Assembly: GCA_963693365.1 (NCBI GenBank)
Contig: CAVNZM010000003.1
Coordinates: 4,535,106 to 4,599,105 of the forward strand
Length of the DNA: 64,000 nt
Reading direction: 5' to 3'
Source of the DNA: Amoebidium appalachense
Taxonomy: Eukaryota; Protista; Ichthyosporea
Part shown: in pieces, positions 36,648 to 64,000 of the stretch
Position numbering within the stretch: position 1 is the stretch's first letter
Layout: each line of letters opens with the position of its first letter
The notes under the pieces: model-generated
Told to the model about the DNA's origin: nothing
Database searches by the model: none
The model's input: only the letters and a program-made list of their open reading frames with translations
Program-made: the position numbers and the translations under genes

Positions 36648-37533
36648 GCTCGCTCTCGCTCCGTCCCCCTCTCCCTCTCCCCCTCCCTCCCTCCCTCTCT
36701 CTCTCTCTCTCTCTCTATCACCCTCCCCCCCTCCCCCCCCCTCTCTGCGACTCTCTCTCTCTCGCTCCTCCTCTCTTGATGATCCGCATTTTCGATCTCA
36801 GTTCTCAAAGTCTCTCGAGAATTTCTCCGAAAGTTTCTCTCTCTCTTTTGTGCGCACCTACTCACACACCACACACAATTATCGCACACACAGATGTACA
36901 CCGCGCACGCACACACTTCATATTGCCATAAGACACACTAATTAAAAACAATCATGTGTCGATTCGTGACTGTTATCTTTCAGGGTGTCACACTTGCACA
37001 TCTTTCTTTGTTTCGTCCCATTTTGCCTCGGGGTGGCTGCCGTCGCGTCCACTTGGCTCTGCCTATTGATACCCCAGCCCACATCAACATGGGATTACTA
37101 ATGTACCTTACACCGTGTGTTCCCACATTCACACAGCTCACACACGATAATAAAGATATAGCTAGGAGACACAGCACGTACAGCAGACACTCACACACTC
37201 GCTCGTGCACCGACGCACTCACGCACGAATGCACACAGGCTGGGGACGCAAGCACGCACAAGCACACAGAAACACATACAGACACCCATGATCACGTTCA
37301 CTGAGCCTGAGTGCTCAATGCGCGACACACAAATTTACCCTCTCTCTCTTTCTCCGCCTTTTCTCTCGTGACTCCCCATGTTCTCGTCCTCTCCCACCTC
37401 CCCCTCCCCTCCTTTCTCCGCCCTCCCCTCTCGCGTGGCCTCCTTGGAGGCTCTCTGCAGACACGCAGGTGCATGCATCCCCGTTCTCTTTCCCTCTTTT
37501 TCTCTTCCATCCCTCGTTCCCTCCGGTCTCCGA

Positions 37534-37577
<44 letters not shown>

Positions 37578-37870
37578 CCCTCTCCATTTCCCCCTCCCCC
37601 CGCCCCTCTCCCCTCCCCCCTCTCTCCCCTTCCCCCCCTCTCGGCCTCCTCCGCAGAGGCTCTCTACCCCTCTCTTGAGCTCTAGGCACACAAATATGAA
37701 TGCCATGCCAACCGGATCGCTACAGCAATTCCAGAAAGAACACATCACACTAAAGGCACATTCATGGTAGCACATATACATTTTCCACAGAGCACACCAT
37801 GGCACACACACTCACACACATACACACCATATATATGTGTGCCCGCACACACATGTTTTTTTTTACACAT

Positions 37871-37910
<40 letters not shown>

Positions 37911-37912
<2 letters not shown>

Positions 37913-38601
37913 ATAATTCGCACAGATCTATTCGGACACTTTTGTCCTAATTAACCTATTTTTAGACGATCGCGCTATTTCTAGCGCAGTTGCATAGTAA
38001 CCAGGCCTCAAAAAGGTGAAAAACGTGAAATTCACGTCATTTCGACATAGTAACATATATAACATGTAGGGTCTCCGACGCCATCTCGTGGGCGCATTTG
38101 GTCATCGAAGTTGGCGACCTTCTAAGAAAACACGTGGGTTTTCCGCTAAATTTTAATTTAAACTAAAATAACTTTCGTTGTGTGTTTCTGGAGCGGCTAA
38201 GACCACTATGTGCTGCTAGCTAGAGATATAGGCTAACGCATGCAAAAAAACCCGACCATCTAATCTTAATTCTGAGGCAACCTACCTAAGGTCCAGCTTA
38301 GGGCACTTTTATCGAGAAAACCTTAGCCACACTGTCTCTGTTACCACCCGTTCTACTTATAAGACAATGTTTACGACTTTTCTTCAATTTTCTGGCTAGT
38401 TAATGAGGAAAGTAAGTACAAAAGGTTTCAAACGTGGTCCCTTCTATTATAGAAAGACAAAATAAAGGTTCTTCTTTACACTTGTTGCTCTAGTTCCAGT
38501 CCCTTCTATTATAGAAAGACAAAATAAAGGAAGCTTATACCCCACGAAAGGTATGCTCGAGATCACAAACCCAGAGCAGTCTGCAAAGTCTGCAACTTTA
38601 C

Positions 38602-38653
<52 letters not shown>

Positions 38654-39870
38654 ACCTCCTCTCTCTCTCTCACCTACTGCTCCTGCTCTTTGGTTCTGCG
38701 GTGGCGTACAGGCACCCCCTTTTCCAGGTGCAGCTCGTAGCAGTTGCGATCTGAATTTGTGTAGCACAATGCCACACCGCACCTGCTGCACATCCAGCTC
38801 ATCCTGCTGCGCTTGTATCCCTTTTGATCTGTGCGCGCGCACATAACACAGTCGAGCCGCTTGCCGGAACCGATAAGCACCGGGTGACAGAGGTTGCCTC
38901 GTTTGGCGGTTGTGGTGTTTGTTGACAGCGATTTTAACATGCGCGCGCTTTGTTTGCCGGCTTGCAGAAGTGGGTTTTTGAGAAGTTCACCCGCAAGTTT
39001 TTCGCGCCACTGCTCGTTTGAAAGTGCATTCTTGTCCCCGTCTGCAATGAAATGCTTGTAGGCCAGGTAGGTGTTTACAAACACCATACCAACTAACCCA
39101 GCAAAGGTGCGGTGCCAGGGTGTGTGGGGGACCCATGCCTGCTCGAGTGAACTGTTCCCTTGCCGGAGTTTGTTGTGTACGTCTGCACTGTTGAAATATG
39201 TGAAGTATTCACGCACTGCTTTTGGCATGGGCACTTGTGTTCCGTTTTTTGTGATACGGGGAGCTCCTGCTTCCGTACTTCCTGCCGTCCTTACTACATG
39301 CATGCTGAAATCCTTATCCTGCAAACGTATGGGGGGGATGGGAGAGGGAGAGGGCGAGCCCCCCGCCCCCCTCCCCCTCCCCCCAATAAAAGGATATATA
39401 CGCCTTCGCACATCCCACAACTAGCTGAATCTCGCTCCGTGGTACTTAAGCTTCTTCTACTTTCCCGTCGTAGTCTATGTGTACCAACCATTTATTGCTC
39501 TTTAATACTTTCACAGTTGTGCCTGTGAGCTGTTTCGTTTCCCATTCTTCACCAAACTGCTCTTTACTCCAACGTTCATCATCGTTCCTGACTTTACCAT
39601 CAAAGATATGATCGGACAGTCGGACACCCCAAAACTGGTGGAAAACGGTTGCACCCATGATCTTTTGCACGCCAAAAGCTACTCACCCTGCAGTCCTATT
39701 GGTTTCCTACAAAGACAAAAAAGGCAGGAAAATACTAGACCTCATTGGCCATACCCAGCTTGTGGGGTGTTTCCTAGCGAAAACAACGCTAGCAACGCCA
39801 AAAAAGATAGGACACTTTTGTCCTTTTTAGCCTTAAATTAGGACCGATTTGTCCGGTTATGCGGATTATC

Positions 39871-39871
<1 letters not shown>
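37911..39871 (-). mobile_element. Internally deleted piggyBac-like DNA transposon (~1.96 kb) with imperfect terminal inverted repeats, inserted in (CA)n
   Basis: Left end TGATAATTCGCA..CGGACA..GTCCTAATT versus right-end reverse complement TGATAATCCGCA..CGGACA..GTCCTAATT; CA repeats on both flanks; contains transposase remnants. Confidence 0.7.
38674..39670 (-). pseudogene. piggyBac-like (PGBD) transposase remnant: N-terminal fragment with in-frame stop plus C-terminal catalytic end and Cys-rich domain
   Basis: PKAVREYFTYFNSADVHNKLRQG...W..RTFAGLVGMVFVNTYLAY...REKLAGELL, then a C-x2-C...C-x2-C-GVALC...C-x3-H zinc ribbon, fits the piggyBac C-terminus. The central DDD region is missing; TAA at 39446-39448. 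Confidence 0.82.
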
Positions 39872-39911
<40 letters not shown>

Positions 39912-40234
39912 GCGGACTCGTGTGCACACACACATACAAGCATACATACACACGTGCACAGTGTTGCACACAAAAAAACACATACACAATGTCACACATG
40001 ATCATCGAATTCTCACATTTTTAAATATTCGCCCAAATGATTAGCACGATGCTAACCCGCCGCACGTACACCTACAATTCAGTTCTTTGCGCTCGCACGC
40101 AAACACACACTTTAAAAGCACACACACACAACAGAAAACTGATAAAAAAAGTAGGAATATAGACACAAACACACACACACACGTAGCACACCGTGTGCAC
40201 CATGCCATACACAACATACACACGCACACACCGT

Positions 40235-40325
<91 letters not shown>

Positions 40326-40404
40326 TCTATGCATAATCAGCACGATAATGTCGCCTCAATCACTGATTGATGTTTGAACAAAACGAACAAAAGGATGGGG
40401 GGAG

Positions 40405-40441
<37 letters not shown>

Positions 40442-43120
40442 CTGTGAGAAACAAAGAGGGTTCGAAGGGGGGGGGGGGGGGGGGGAGGGGGGGGGAAGGC
40501 GGGGGGGGGGGGGGGGGTTCCTGAGGGGGAAAGGGGGAGACTGAACATGCTGTCTTCCTGGGCTTTGATACTTGCTGTTGCCCCAGCTACTGTAGCTCAG
40601 TGACCCTCCGGAGGCTGCCATGTTATTTCCAGGAAACTTCGTTAAATATTAACGGCATGTATGCTCAGGCATTAGTAAATAAGGAGGCTACAAAGACCGA
40701 GGGTTTCCCGTCCTCTGCCTATACTACCAGAGCCCCTGATTCACCGACGTCAGAAGCCGATATAACTTTTCAACATCATTGAAGCACGGTGCACGTGTAT
40801 ATATCAGTAATGCTCCGGAGTTGTCGTCGAATCGAGGTCGTCAAACTTACACACCGTTGAAAGTCTGCTGACATGTGCACGCACGTGTGTAGGATGTGGA
40901 GTTCCCTAGTAAGCAAGACTCTCGTTAAGGTTGGGAGAGACATGCCAAGCGGTGTGCTGTCCTTCTTTAACCCTTCCATGAACCGAGAGAGCGTACACCG
41001 CCGGGCACGTGTACACACAGCACGCCCAAGTTGAAACATTTGTGGTTATCGACCAGTGCTTGGCCAGGCTGCAGGACGGAGTCGACCGTTCGGTGAGATG
41101 ACATAATCGGGTCATTTTATCGACTGATGTACAGCCAATCATCTGAGGACGGCTGTTTCGTGGTCACACCGTAAGCAAGTTGAAACGGCTCACACTGTGT
41201 GCAGAGCGGAGGCATATAAATGGATGAAACACCCAGAAAAGAAGCCATGTATAACTATATATATATATATATATATATGTATAATATAAAGCGCTTGTAA
41301 ATGCTGCAAAGCTATATCAGTTGCATAAACAGTCAAATCCCTTGCGGCGCACGTATTCATGAGGTGGCGGCATTATGTCAACAAACCTTTTTGGACCAAA
41401 TTGGGCCAATCACATCGCAGCTAAACTCGGAGCACTGGCCGCTCTTGTGGAATTCGGTGGTCACAAATAGATGAGGCAGAAAATAGCACCCACGCTGTTT
41501 ACAAAACGTACCAGAATTGTGCTTAAATTTACTTAATTTATATATATACAAGTTCTTTTGTTCTCTATAAACAAAAGCGTGTGTCATTTCGACGGGAAAA
41601 AGGGGCATTTGGTTGTCCTGACAAAGTGAGCTCCACTTGAATATGTAGTAATCCACATAACCAATCGAAAACGCTGTGCACTTACGAATGCTTTTTCAAT
41701 AGCCAATCAAAGCCCTGAATACCATTACTTCTAGAAATATAAGCATAATTGATTTTCCGAAAAGCATATCACAAATTGAATATCTACATCTCTCATCGGT
41801 TATTGGAAATTTTTATTTTTATTTTTATAATGACTTTATTGATATGCTCAGCAAAATAGAAACCATCGAGATATCACTGATTTCTCGGAGAAGAAAAATA
41901 CAAAAGCCCTCATTCTCGGATACGGAGAAGATAACGACTTAAATAATCATACACCCTAGAAAACTCGTTAAACATACCGTGGTTCAACAGATAGTCAATA
42001 GACGTAATATCAGGATTATCTAAATAAGCCAGTCTTCTAATTTCTAGCGGAATAATCAGGCTGAGATAAATAAATACATCTAATTCATTGCCGTGGCCTC
42101 AAACTTTTTTCTAGTTTCAACATCCTAACAAGCAGGCCCTTTCCCCTTCTCAATCACAAGAGAAATTAATTGCAGCTATGCTAAAACTGTAGCTATACTT
42201 TAAACCTCTATACTGTGCGTGTTACGTACATGTATACACATTGGGGAGGAATGTGCTGTTTATTATACACATTGCTACGGAACCGGGGCATCTCAGGTAC
42301 TGGGCGGGCCTGCCTGCAGTATTGGATGACCAATCATTTATCTCGATTTTCGAATTTCTTTCAACTGTCTATATTTGCCGGATAACGTTGCTGCTGCCGG
42401 CCAGGCGCGCATGCCTCAAAACTCAGTGATGACGCTTCAGGAAAGCATCAGTTTGGACGGTTGGAACTCCGCTCAGAGTGAGCATGCATGTGCGAGTGTT
42501 GCTACAAATAGGCTGCATTTTGCACAAGTTGGTGTATGCAGAGTTTTTCTCTTAAAACGGGCTAGAGATAATGTTAGTAAATGCAGTCTGCTAGGTTTCT
42601 CTCTGTTATATCGGTGAGATCGTTGTGTTGCCAGCGCTACTAGCTTAGAGGACATTGGGGCATGCGCATCGGGGAGAGGCCTAGGGTTTGCATCATCTCT
42701 GAGTTCTTGAAGTGCATTTTCATGTTGGCGGGTTTTCCACTGAAAAAGGATCAAACGAGAAGAGGAAATCGAACATTTTGTAATGCATACGGCTAACCTG
42801 TTTCCTGCGGTGTCTAAACCATCTAGCTTTCTGATTTCAGCACGGCAGCTGCAACATAAGCATAACATGTGTACACCATCAACATAAATACCTCATCCCA
42901 TCGTGTTGATTTTGCTAGTTTGCCTTCAACCCTCTTGAGTTATCTGAGCATCCCCTGCGCATGATGTTCAGCTGTAAGCAGACTATTTCTGTTTCGTATC
43001 CGTGCACCGGTTTGTAATCAAGGACACGCATTTCGATCTGCATTTGACATCATTTTAGCCCACACCCCTCCCCCATATCCAAGTTTCCTGGAGTTTTACA
43101 AACTGGCCAGCGAAGACACC

Positions 43121-44236
43121 ATGGCCTTACCCCTGTCTATCTCTTGCCCCAACTTCGGCCCGGACGCGTATCACGATGAGGCCGATGAACTGGACGATGG
43201 AGACGCGGGTTCACAGAGAGGGTCGGTATTGGGACATAGCACGTCGGCTGAACCTTCTTGGGAAGGAGGTGGGTCTTGTGCCTGTGTTAAAAGAACTTCA
43301 GGCCGGGAAACGGGTCTCTGTTTGTGTGTGCTTGGGGTAATTGGGGGGAGTGAAAGAGGGAAAGGAACCAGGGAGGGCAAGGGTGTGTGTGTGTGTGGTG
43401 GTTAGGTGGTGGTGGTGGGGGAGGAGGGGGTGGAGGGGGGGAGGGGGGAGGGGGGAGGGCAGGTCAGGCGATAGAGACCAAAGTGCATGCATGGCGATCC
43501 TGTTTGTGCCTTTGTGCTCATGCGCATGGCGAGCGTGTTTGATGTATGTGTGTGTGTGTGCCCCTTGTGACACCCGTATCTCAGGTGTGTGTGTGTGTGT
43601 TTGTGTGTGTTTGCCCTAATTCCGCTTTGAAATGGTGCTTTTTTAGCCCAAAACATTGTAGTAACCAAAATGAAATCAGCGACCTATAGGATGATCAGCG
43701 GTCTTGTAGAGAACAGCGTCATCGTTTGCTGGATACAGATATCATAATGGGCCACAAATTGAAAATGTTCAAAGTTTAACCCTTTACGTTTCTCCACAGG
43801 CCTGTCCATGGACAACAAAACAAGATCCCGCACGCGCCGCTTCTCTTCTGGAATTTTCGGCATAAAACCTTCTTCCGTTCACCCACAACTTCAATTCGTA
43901 CTTAACGCATTGGCGATGGTGTTTCCGTCCGACGCATCGATGACCCGGCCGACATTACGCTACGGGCTGCCTGTGGCGACAACATTTATCGCGGCTCTTT
44001 GTACTTCGATCGGGACGGCGCGTGCTGCTGTTGTGGTTGCGTTACTTGGGCTTGCATATGTGGTGCAGTGGGTGATTATGTGCATGTTGCTGATTGTCGC
44101 AGCTATGATTGCCGGAGCGGTGAAAATTGCGGAGAGGATGATTTTATGTTTGTGGCCAGGTGGGAGGAGGTCGAACAATGCAGAAATGCAGCCGCAGGCG
44201 CTTAGGGAATTTCACTCCACGACGCGAAGTGATTGA
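43121..44236 (+). CDS. Two-exon (43121-43268, 43800-44236) ~194-aa uncharacterised membrane protein
   Basis: ACCATGG start, phase-1 intron GTGGGT...CCACAG joining in frame, acidic N-terminus and a ~55-aa hydrophobic segment. Confidence 0.7.
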
Positions 44237-45372
44237 TTGAAATGGTGTGATTTATTCTGATTGAAATGATGCCATGGAAACACCATGTGGCTAAACCTTT
44301 AGGGTTGGCAAACGAAGGCCGATCTTTTGTTAAGGTATATGACGTATGCTAAGAACTTGATGATGTTGATGTCGAAGTGTATGCTTGTACAGCAACAGTA
44401 TGATGCAGAAGTGCAGTCTTAAGTTTGTTTGAAAAGCCGCTGTTGTGTTTGTACCTCCTGGTGTGATTACGTTTGATTGTTTGACACGATGGTGTGATAA
44501 GTTTGTGAGTGTTCGATGCGATGATGTGATAAAATTTCGGAGTTTTTGACGCGACGGTCAACTGACGGAAGTAAACTGTTCATAAAAACTCGGTGCCTTT
44601 GATGTTCCAGCGACCAATAGTACTCGGTTGCAATACCACTTGAATTCCACGTTTTATGCTGCTAGGCTGCGCTGCATGTTTGATGCTATTGCTTGCATTG
44701 CATGCCTAAAACAGCACTTCTTGTGTTGTATCTCTGCTATCAACACTAATAGCTTTGATGCCATGTGTGGGGTGGTGGTTGTGGACGCCCGGGGAATTCC
44801 ATACAGAAAACAACCATGGGGAGAGAGGGGGGGGAGGGTTGCCTGCCGTCAAAGACGTCGACCGTGCATGAGCAGTCCAAGAGTGTGTGTGTTTTGGTGG
44901 GGCATGTGTGGTTGTGAGTGTGAGGATGTGTGTGCGTGCAAGCGTGGGCCCATTTATGTGCATCTACACATGTTCATGCGCGAATGTGCAGTGTAGTGTA
45001 CGTAGACGATGTGTATATATGCATGTGCACACGTGCCATGGTTACGTATTTGTGTGTGTACGTGTAACCTTCGTACATATGCGTGTGGGCCTGCATATAT
45101 GAATCATGTGTTGTGCGATGATCCCTATAAAAATGTGTGCACATGTGTGCTGCAATTACATGTAAAACAACGAGTTGCTTGATTGTCAGGCCACGTCTAC
45201 CGTGTTTTTTGTGTTATAACGTTAGATGTAAAAATACATAGCGACGCTCGCACTTTCATTCATAATTGGACCCTGGTGGAGGGGCATAATATAGACCCAC
45301 AGGGAACAACACACGCGCGACCGACCTGCTCGGGCCGGGGGAACTGAGAGATAGGGTGGAAAAGCGAGATCG

Positions 45373-45408
<36 letters not shown>

Positions 45409-46204
45409 ATTTTAAACACACACACACACAAGAAAAAAAAAAAAAAAAAAATCCAACTGAAAATTCAATGGGCATGTTCCTATAGATCTGTGGCAGCCGT
45501 GGGGGGCGAGCGCGGGCATGCCGCGCTGCAGCTGGGGGGGGAGGGGAAGGAGAGGGCGGGCGGGCGGGCAGACGGGTGGAGGGGGGGGGGGGGGGGGGGG
45601 GGTAACAAATATATAAATACATGTACAACTGAAGTACAATGTTACATCTCCGTGTGTAGGCACTGTAGCCTGGTATCCTTCGGAATGGAAGGCACAAATG
45701 CGGTTGCTAAAAAGTACTAATTACATTTTTTTTTTTATAGATCACATTGCTGCAACATACACCATGAATGGCGATATAAACGACTTTTATTTAACTACAT
45801 ACCAGCTACCACAGGTTAGTAATATCCCATATCTGTATCACGGCTGTGCGATGTATGGCAAGGTAGATTTAGTCAAGTCGAACATATCGTTAGACGTACT
45901 TGCATTGGTTTCTCTATTAATCCAGGTCGGGTCTGTTGTCCTTGTGAATATTGAACTTTGACAATAATTGATGCAGCAATTAGCATGTTATGTAGTGCAC
46001 AGGGTGTCACTGAACGCATGTAATGTAACAAGTGCATAACGATTTGCGTAGGAGAAAACACACTCACAAGCAGTGGTAAAACGTTCTTGACATTAGTAGT
46101 CATTGCAAAGTGCTTTAACATCGTGCATTTAGATGGCGAGAATTAGTAAGCAAGCAGCTGTTCAGATACAGCAAAGAACCGCGCGTCATCACCCCCCGCC
46201 CCCG

Positions 46205-46245
<41 letters not shown>

Positions 46246-46528
46246 TCCTCCTCGGGGCACCACCACTACACACGTACACATCTAATCACCCTCCATGCTC
46301 ACCACTACCAACAAAGAAAGCATCGTAAGTGGTACACATGATAAGCGGGCAAGCCCGTAAAGCATTGAAAGGAAATACACATCCCCACCCTCAACAGTAC
46401 AATTTATAGAAGTCCATAAGAAAGAAATAAATTATCATCGCAACTGCCCAACAAAGGTTGAGTACGGCTTGACAAGGCACGGGCATCCACCCCCCTCCCC
46501 CCTCCCCCCCTCCCCCTCCCTCCCTCCC

Positions 46529-46561
<33 letters not shown>

Positions 46562-46645
46562 ACACACACACACACACCCCACACCAATAATCACTACTAT
46601 TACCACCAACCCTTTTTCCTTTTAGGCCACCCTTTTCCCTATTTC

Positions 46646-55413
<8,768 letters not shown>

Positions 55414-56197
55414 TTTCAAACTGGTGCATGCCAAGCTGGCCTCTCAAGTGTTACAAGCAGACGGTCGCAAAAAACACAGGTGTCACTGTAAGGTAGGTCT
55501 GTCGTCCACGCAGCAGAGTTTTATCTGCTTGTATGTATATATGCTTTCATAGAAACATAAAACATAAAGCATAACGTCAAAATCACAGGAAATGCCAACT
55601 GCAAATTGCAAATCAGCCAGCCTTTTCAAGCCGTCGCTCAGCCCGTGTGTGGCTCATGGTGGAAGATGTTGCGTTCCGTTACACTAAGAAGCACTGGCAA
55701 ACTCAAATTTTTCCTCTCTGTTCTCTAAAAAAAAAACTCTTGCTGATGTGGTAAATTCGCTGGCCTCGTGTCTAACAAGAATTTTTCGTTTCTTGAACTC
55801 CACTGAGTGGAGTTTTCTGGTTGACTGCAGGCCGCCCGAGATTGGCGCCAAAATTAAAATGTAAAAATAGAACATTTGTCCCCAGGTTGCTCTAAATATA
55901 GATGAATAGATAAGGGCCTATCTGAATCGATCTGACAGAGACGGCCTAGCTGACGGCAACAAGACTGGCAGAGTTCAGTTTTCATGTTTACCAGACAACC
56001 AGCTGGAAAAAAATAATCTATAGAGGTGGATTTATTTACCATTTAGAAGTGAGCGATTTTCTTCGCATACATCAGGTTAAAATCTCGTTATTCAATTCTT
56101 CGTTGCTTTTCTCTTTTCGTTTTTTCCCCACGATTGTAGCTTTTCAGTTTAGTTTGTATAGCAACTTAGTGGGCTAAAGGCTCCTAGATCCACCAAC
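55414..56197. promoter_or_regulatory. Probable bidirectional promoter/5' UTR region
   Basis: ~780 bp, free of simple repeats, between divergent start codons at 55413 (-) and 56198 (+). Positional inference only. Confidence 0.5.
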
Positions 56198-60494
<4,297 letters not shown>

Positions 60495-60911
60495 ATTAGG
60501 TGAAATTTCGCGGTACGGTATGTGTATCTGTTGTTTAGGCAAGGTAATTTAGGTGAAATGTCGGTTAAGTCCAGGGCCTGGGGGTGTAATGTGTGGTCAT
60601 GGCCGTGCTGGCTTGGCTGGTTCGGTATCTTTCAGATGGAACTCAGTGAAGTTCAGGGTGGTTTGGCTGGGGGAGGTTAGGGTGAAATTTGCATGTGTGA
60701 TTTTATGGGCGTGCTGGCCTGGTTTATGCTGTATATCACTCTAAGTGAGATATCTTAAATTTTGCTGTGTTCGGTCAGGGGCTTTTGGTAGAAGTTGGGA
60801 GTGCGGCCATGGCTGTGCTTGGCACCATCTTTTAAGGTTTCATTATCACTTTCTAGAAAAGTTGTTGTTTGGTTGCCGTCGTTAATCTACATTCTTCTGT
60901 CGCGGGGAGTT

Positions 60912-60946
<35 letters not shown>

Positions 60947-61032
60947 CCCTTGTCTTTTATCCGAAGTGTATGATGAAGTCAACTCGAAGTGTATTTTTTT
61001 TTTTGTTTTGTTTTTTTGTTTTTTGTTTTGTG

Positions 61033-61102
<70 letters not shown>

Positions 61103-61907
61103 CATGCGTGTACGTGTACGTGTGTGTGTGCGTGTGTAGTCGTGAATTGGAGGTTTCTCCCTGGGAATGTAACGAAACCCACATACTTAAACGTGTGTAT
61201 GATGATTGCATTACATACCACAAAACATACAATTTAGGCCAGAATACTAGAATCCTCAAATGCTTTTCATATACTCATTGCAGAGTGTAATTTGCTTTAT
61301 ATTTCGATGAGTTGATAGAAATTATACTGGGTGTATACTGATAACGTGTCGTGTCGGATCCCCCTGGCCCTGTGGACAGGGAGGTGTTTATCAACATTCC
61401 CCCCCCACCTTTCGAATCCTTGGGGAAAAGAAGAGTGAGAGAGGAAAGAGAGAGAGTGCGTGTGTGATCGGGGGGGGGGGGAGGCGGTGTCGATCGAAAC
61501 TGCTCTGTGCGCACCGAGGCGCCCCCGCGCACACACCCCGCCACACTGGACTAAATAAGTGTTTCGTTAAACGTTTATTTTTATATGTATTTTATTCTAT
61601 TCGCATATGTCACTTGCAGCTTGATACAAACACGCCAAGGTCAGGGTCAGGTCACGGGCCAACCACCGTCTTTCATTATTACAAACACCATTGTTGTGTG
61701 TATACAAGTAAGAGCCTGTTCCTTTCCAAAACGAATCTCATTTGCTCAAACAAAAAATGCGCATCTAGAAATGGGCCACCCCCTCCTGAACCCCCCCCCC
61801 CCCCCCCCCCCCCCCCCGTGTTGGAGTGCAGACTTACACGCACCCCACAATATGTGTATATTAGCTTTACAGTTGGTTCCGTGTACACAAACACACGCTG
61901 ACACTCG

Positions 61908-63635
<1,728 letters not shown>

Positions 63636-63797
63636 GAAGCAATATCTGGTTCTGATGGTCCAATGAAAGTGTAAGTTTAATTTAAAGAATATTAAATTTT
63701 TTAACATTGATCATCCATAATCACGTTGTCTTATCGTTCATAGTTGTAAAACTCGGTGAGGGTGTTAAGGTGGTGAAGGGAGTAAGGGGCAGCGGGA

Positions 63798-63831
<34 letters not shown>

Positions 63832-64000
63832 ATTAAATTAGTGTACTACCTGGCAATGAATAAATCGTTCGGATTAGCATTTTTTTTTAAAAAAAAAAGT
63901 GCAACATGGTTAGAGCCTGCGTAAGTTTCAAGATCTAGAGTACCATAATTAGAGTCTTGTTTTGGTAGAGCTTAATGCTCAGTTGGGTTCCAATTCATCC

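Overview
Eukaryotic nuclear DNA with GT-AG spliceosomal introns swollen by poly-G/poly-C, (CA/GT)n, (GA/CT)n and minisatellites. Most ORFs in the supplied track are artefacts of these repeats. Genes assembled by eye from splice sites and reading phase: (1) the last two exons of an RBM39-like splicing factor; (2) an intronless cytochrome-b5-fused delta-8 sphingolipid-type desaturase; (3) a ~22-kb multi-exon Q/P-rich gene with a DNTTIP1-like dimerisation domain; (4) a minus-strand type-I membrane protein; (5) a two-exon membrane protein; (6) a NIP45/Rad60/Esc2-like tandem SUMO-like-domain gene, head-to-head with (7) an OEP61/TPR7-like tail-anchored TPR co-chaperone; (8) possibly the 3' end of another minus-strand gene. 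There is also a deleted piggyBac-like element inserted in a (CA)n tract. The most striking unexplained signals are (a) a dispersed, mostly 5'-truncated, sense-intronic, poly(C)-ended element whose 5' half keeps a co-varying RNA fold carrying HDV-like and hammerhead-like ribozyme motifs in permuted order, and (b) introns whose 3' ends are tandem arrays of branch-point/acceptor units, including a 28-nt GT..AG repeat with 12 CAG|GT junctions. The organism is unknown; a unicellular holozoan is a guess based on DNTTIP1. All homology calls are from recall, not from searches.
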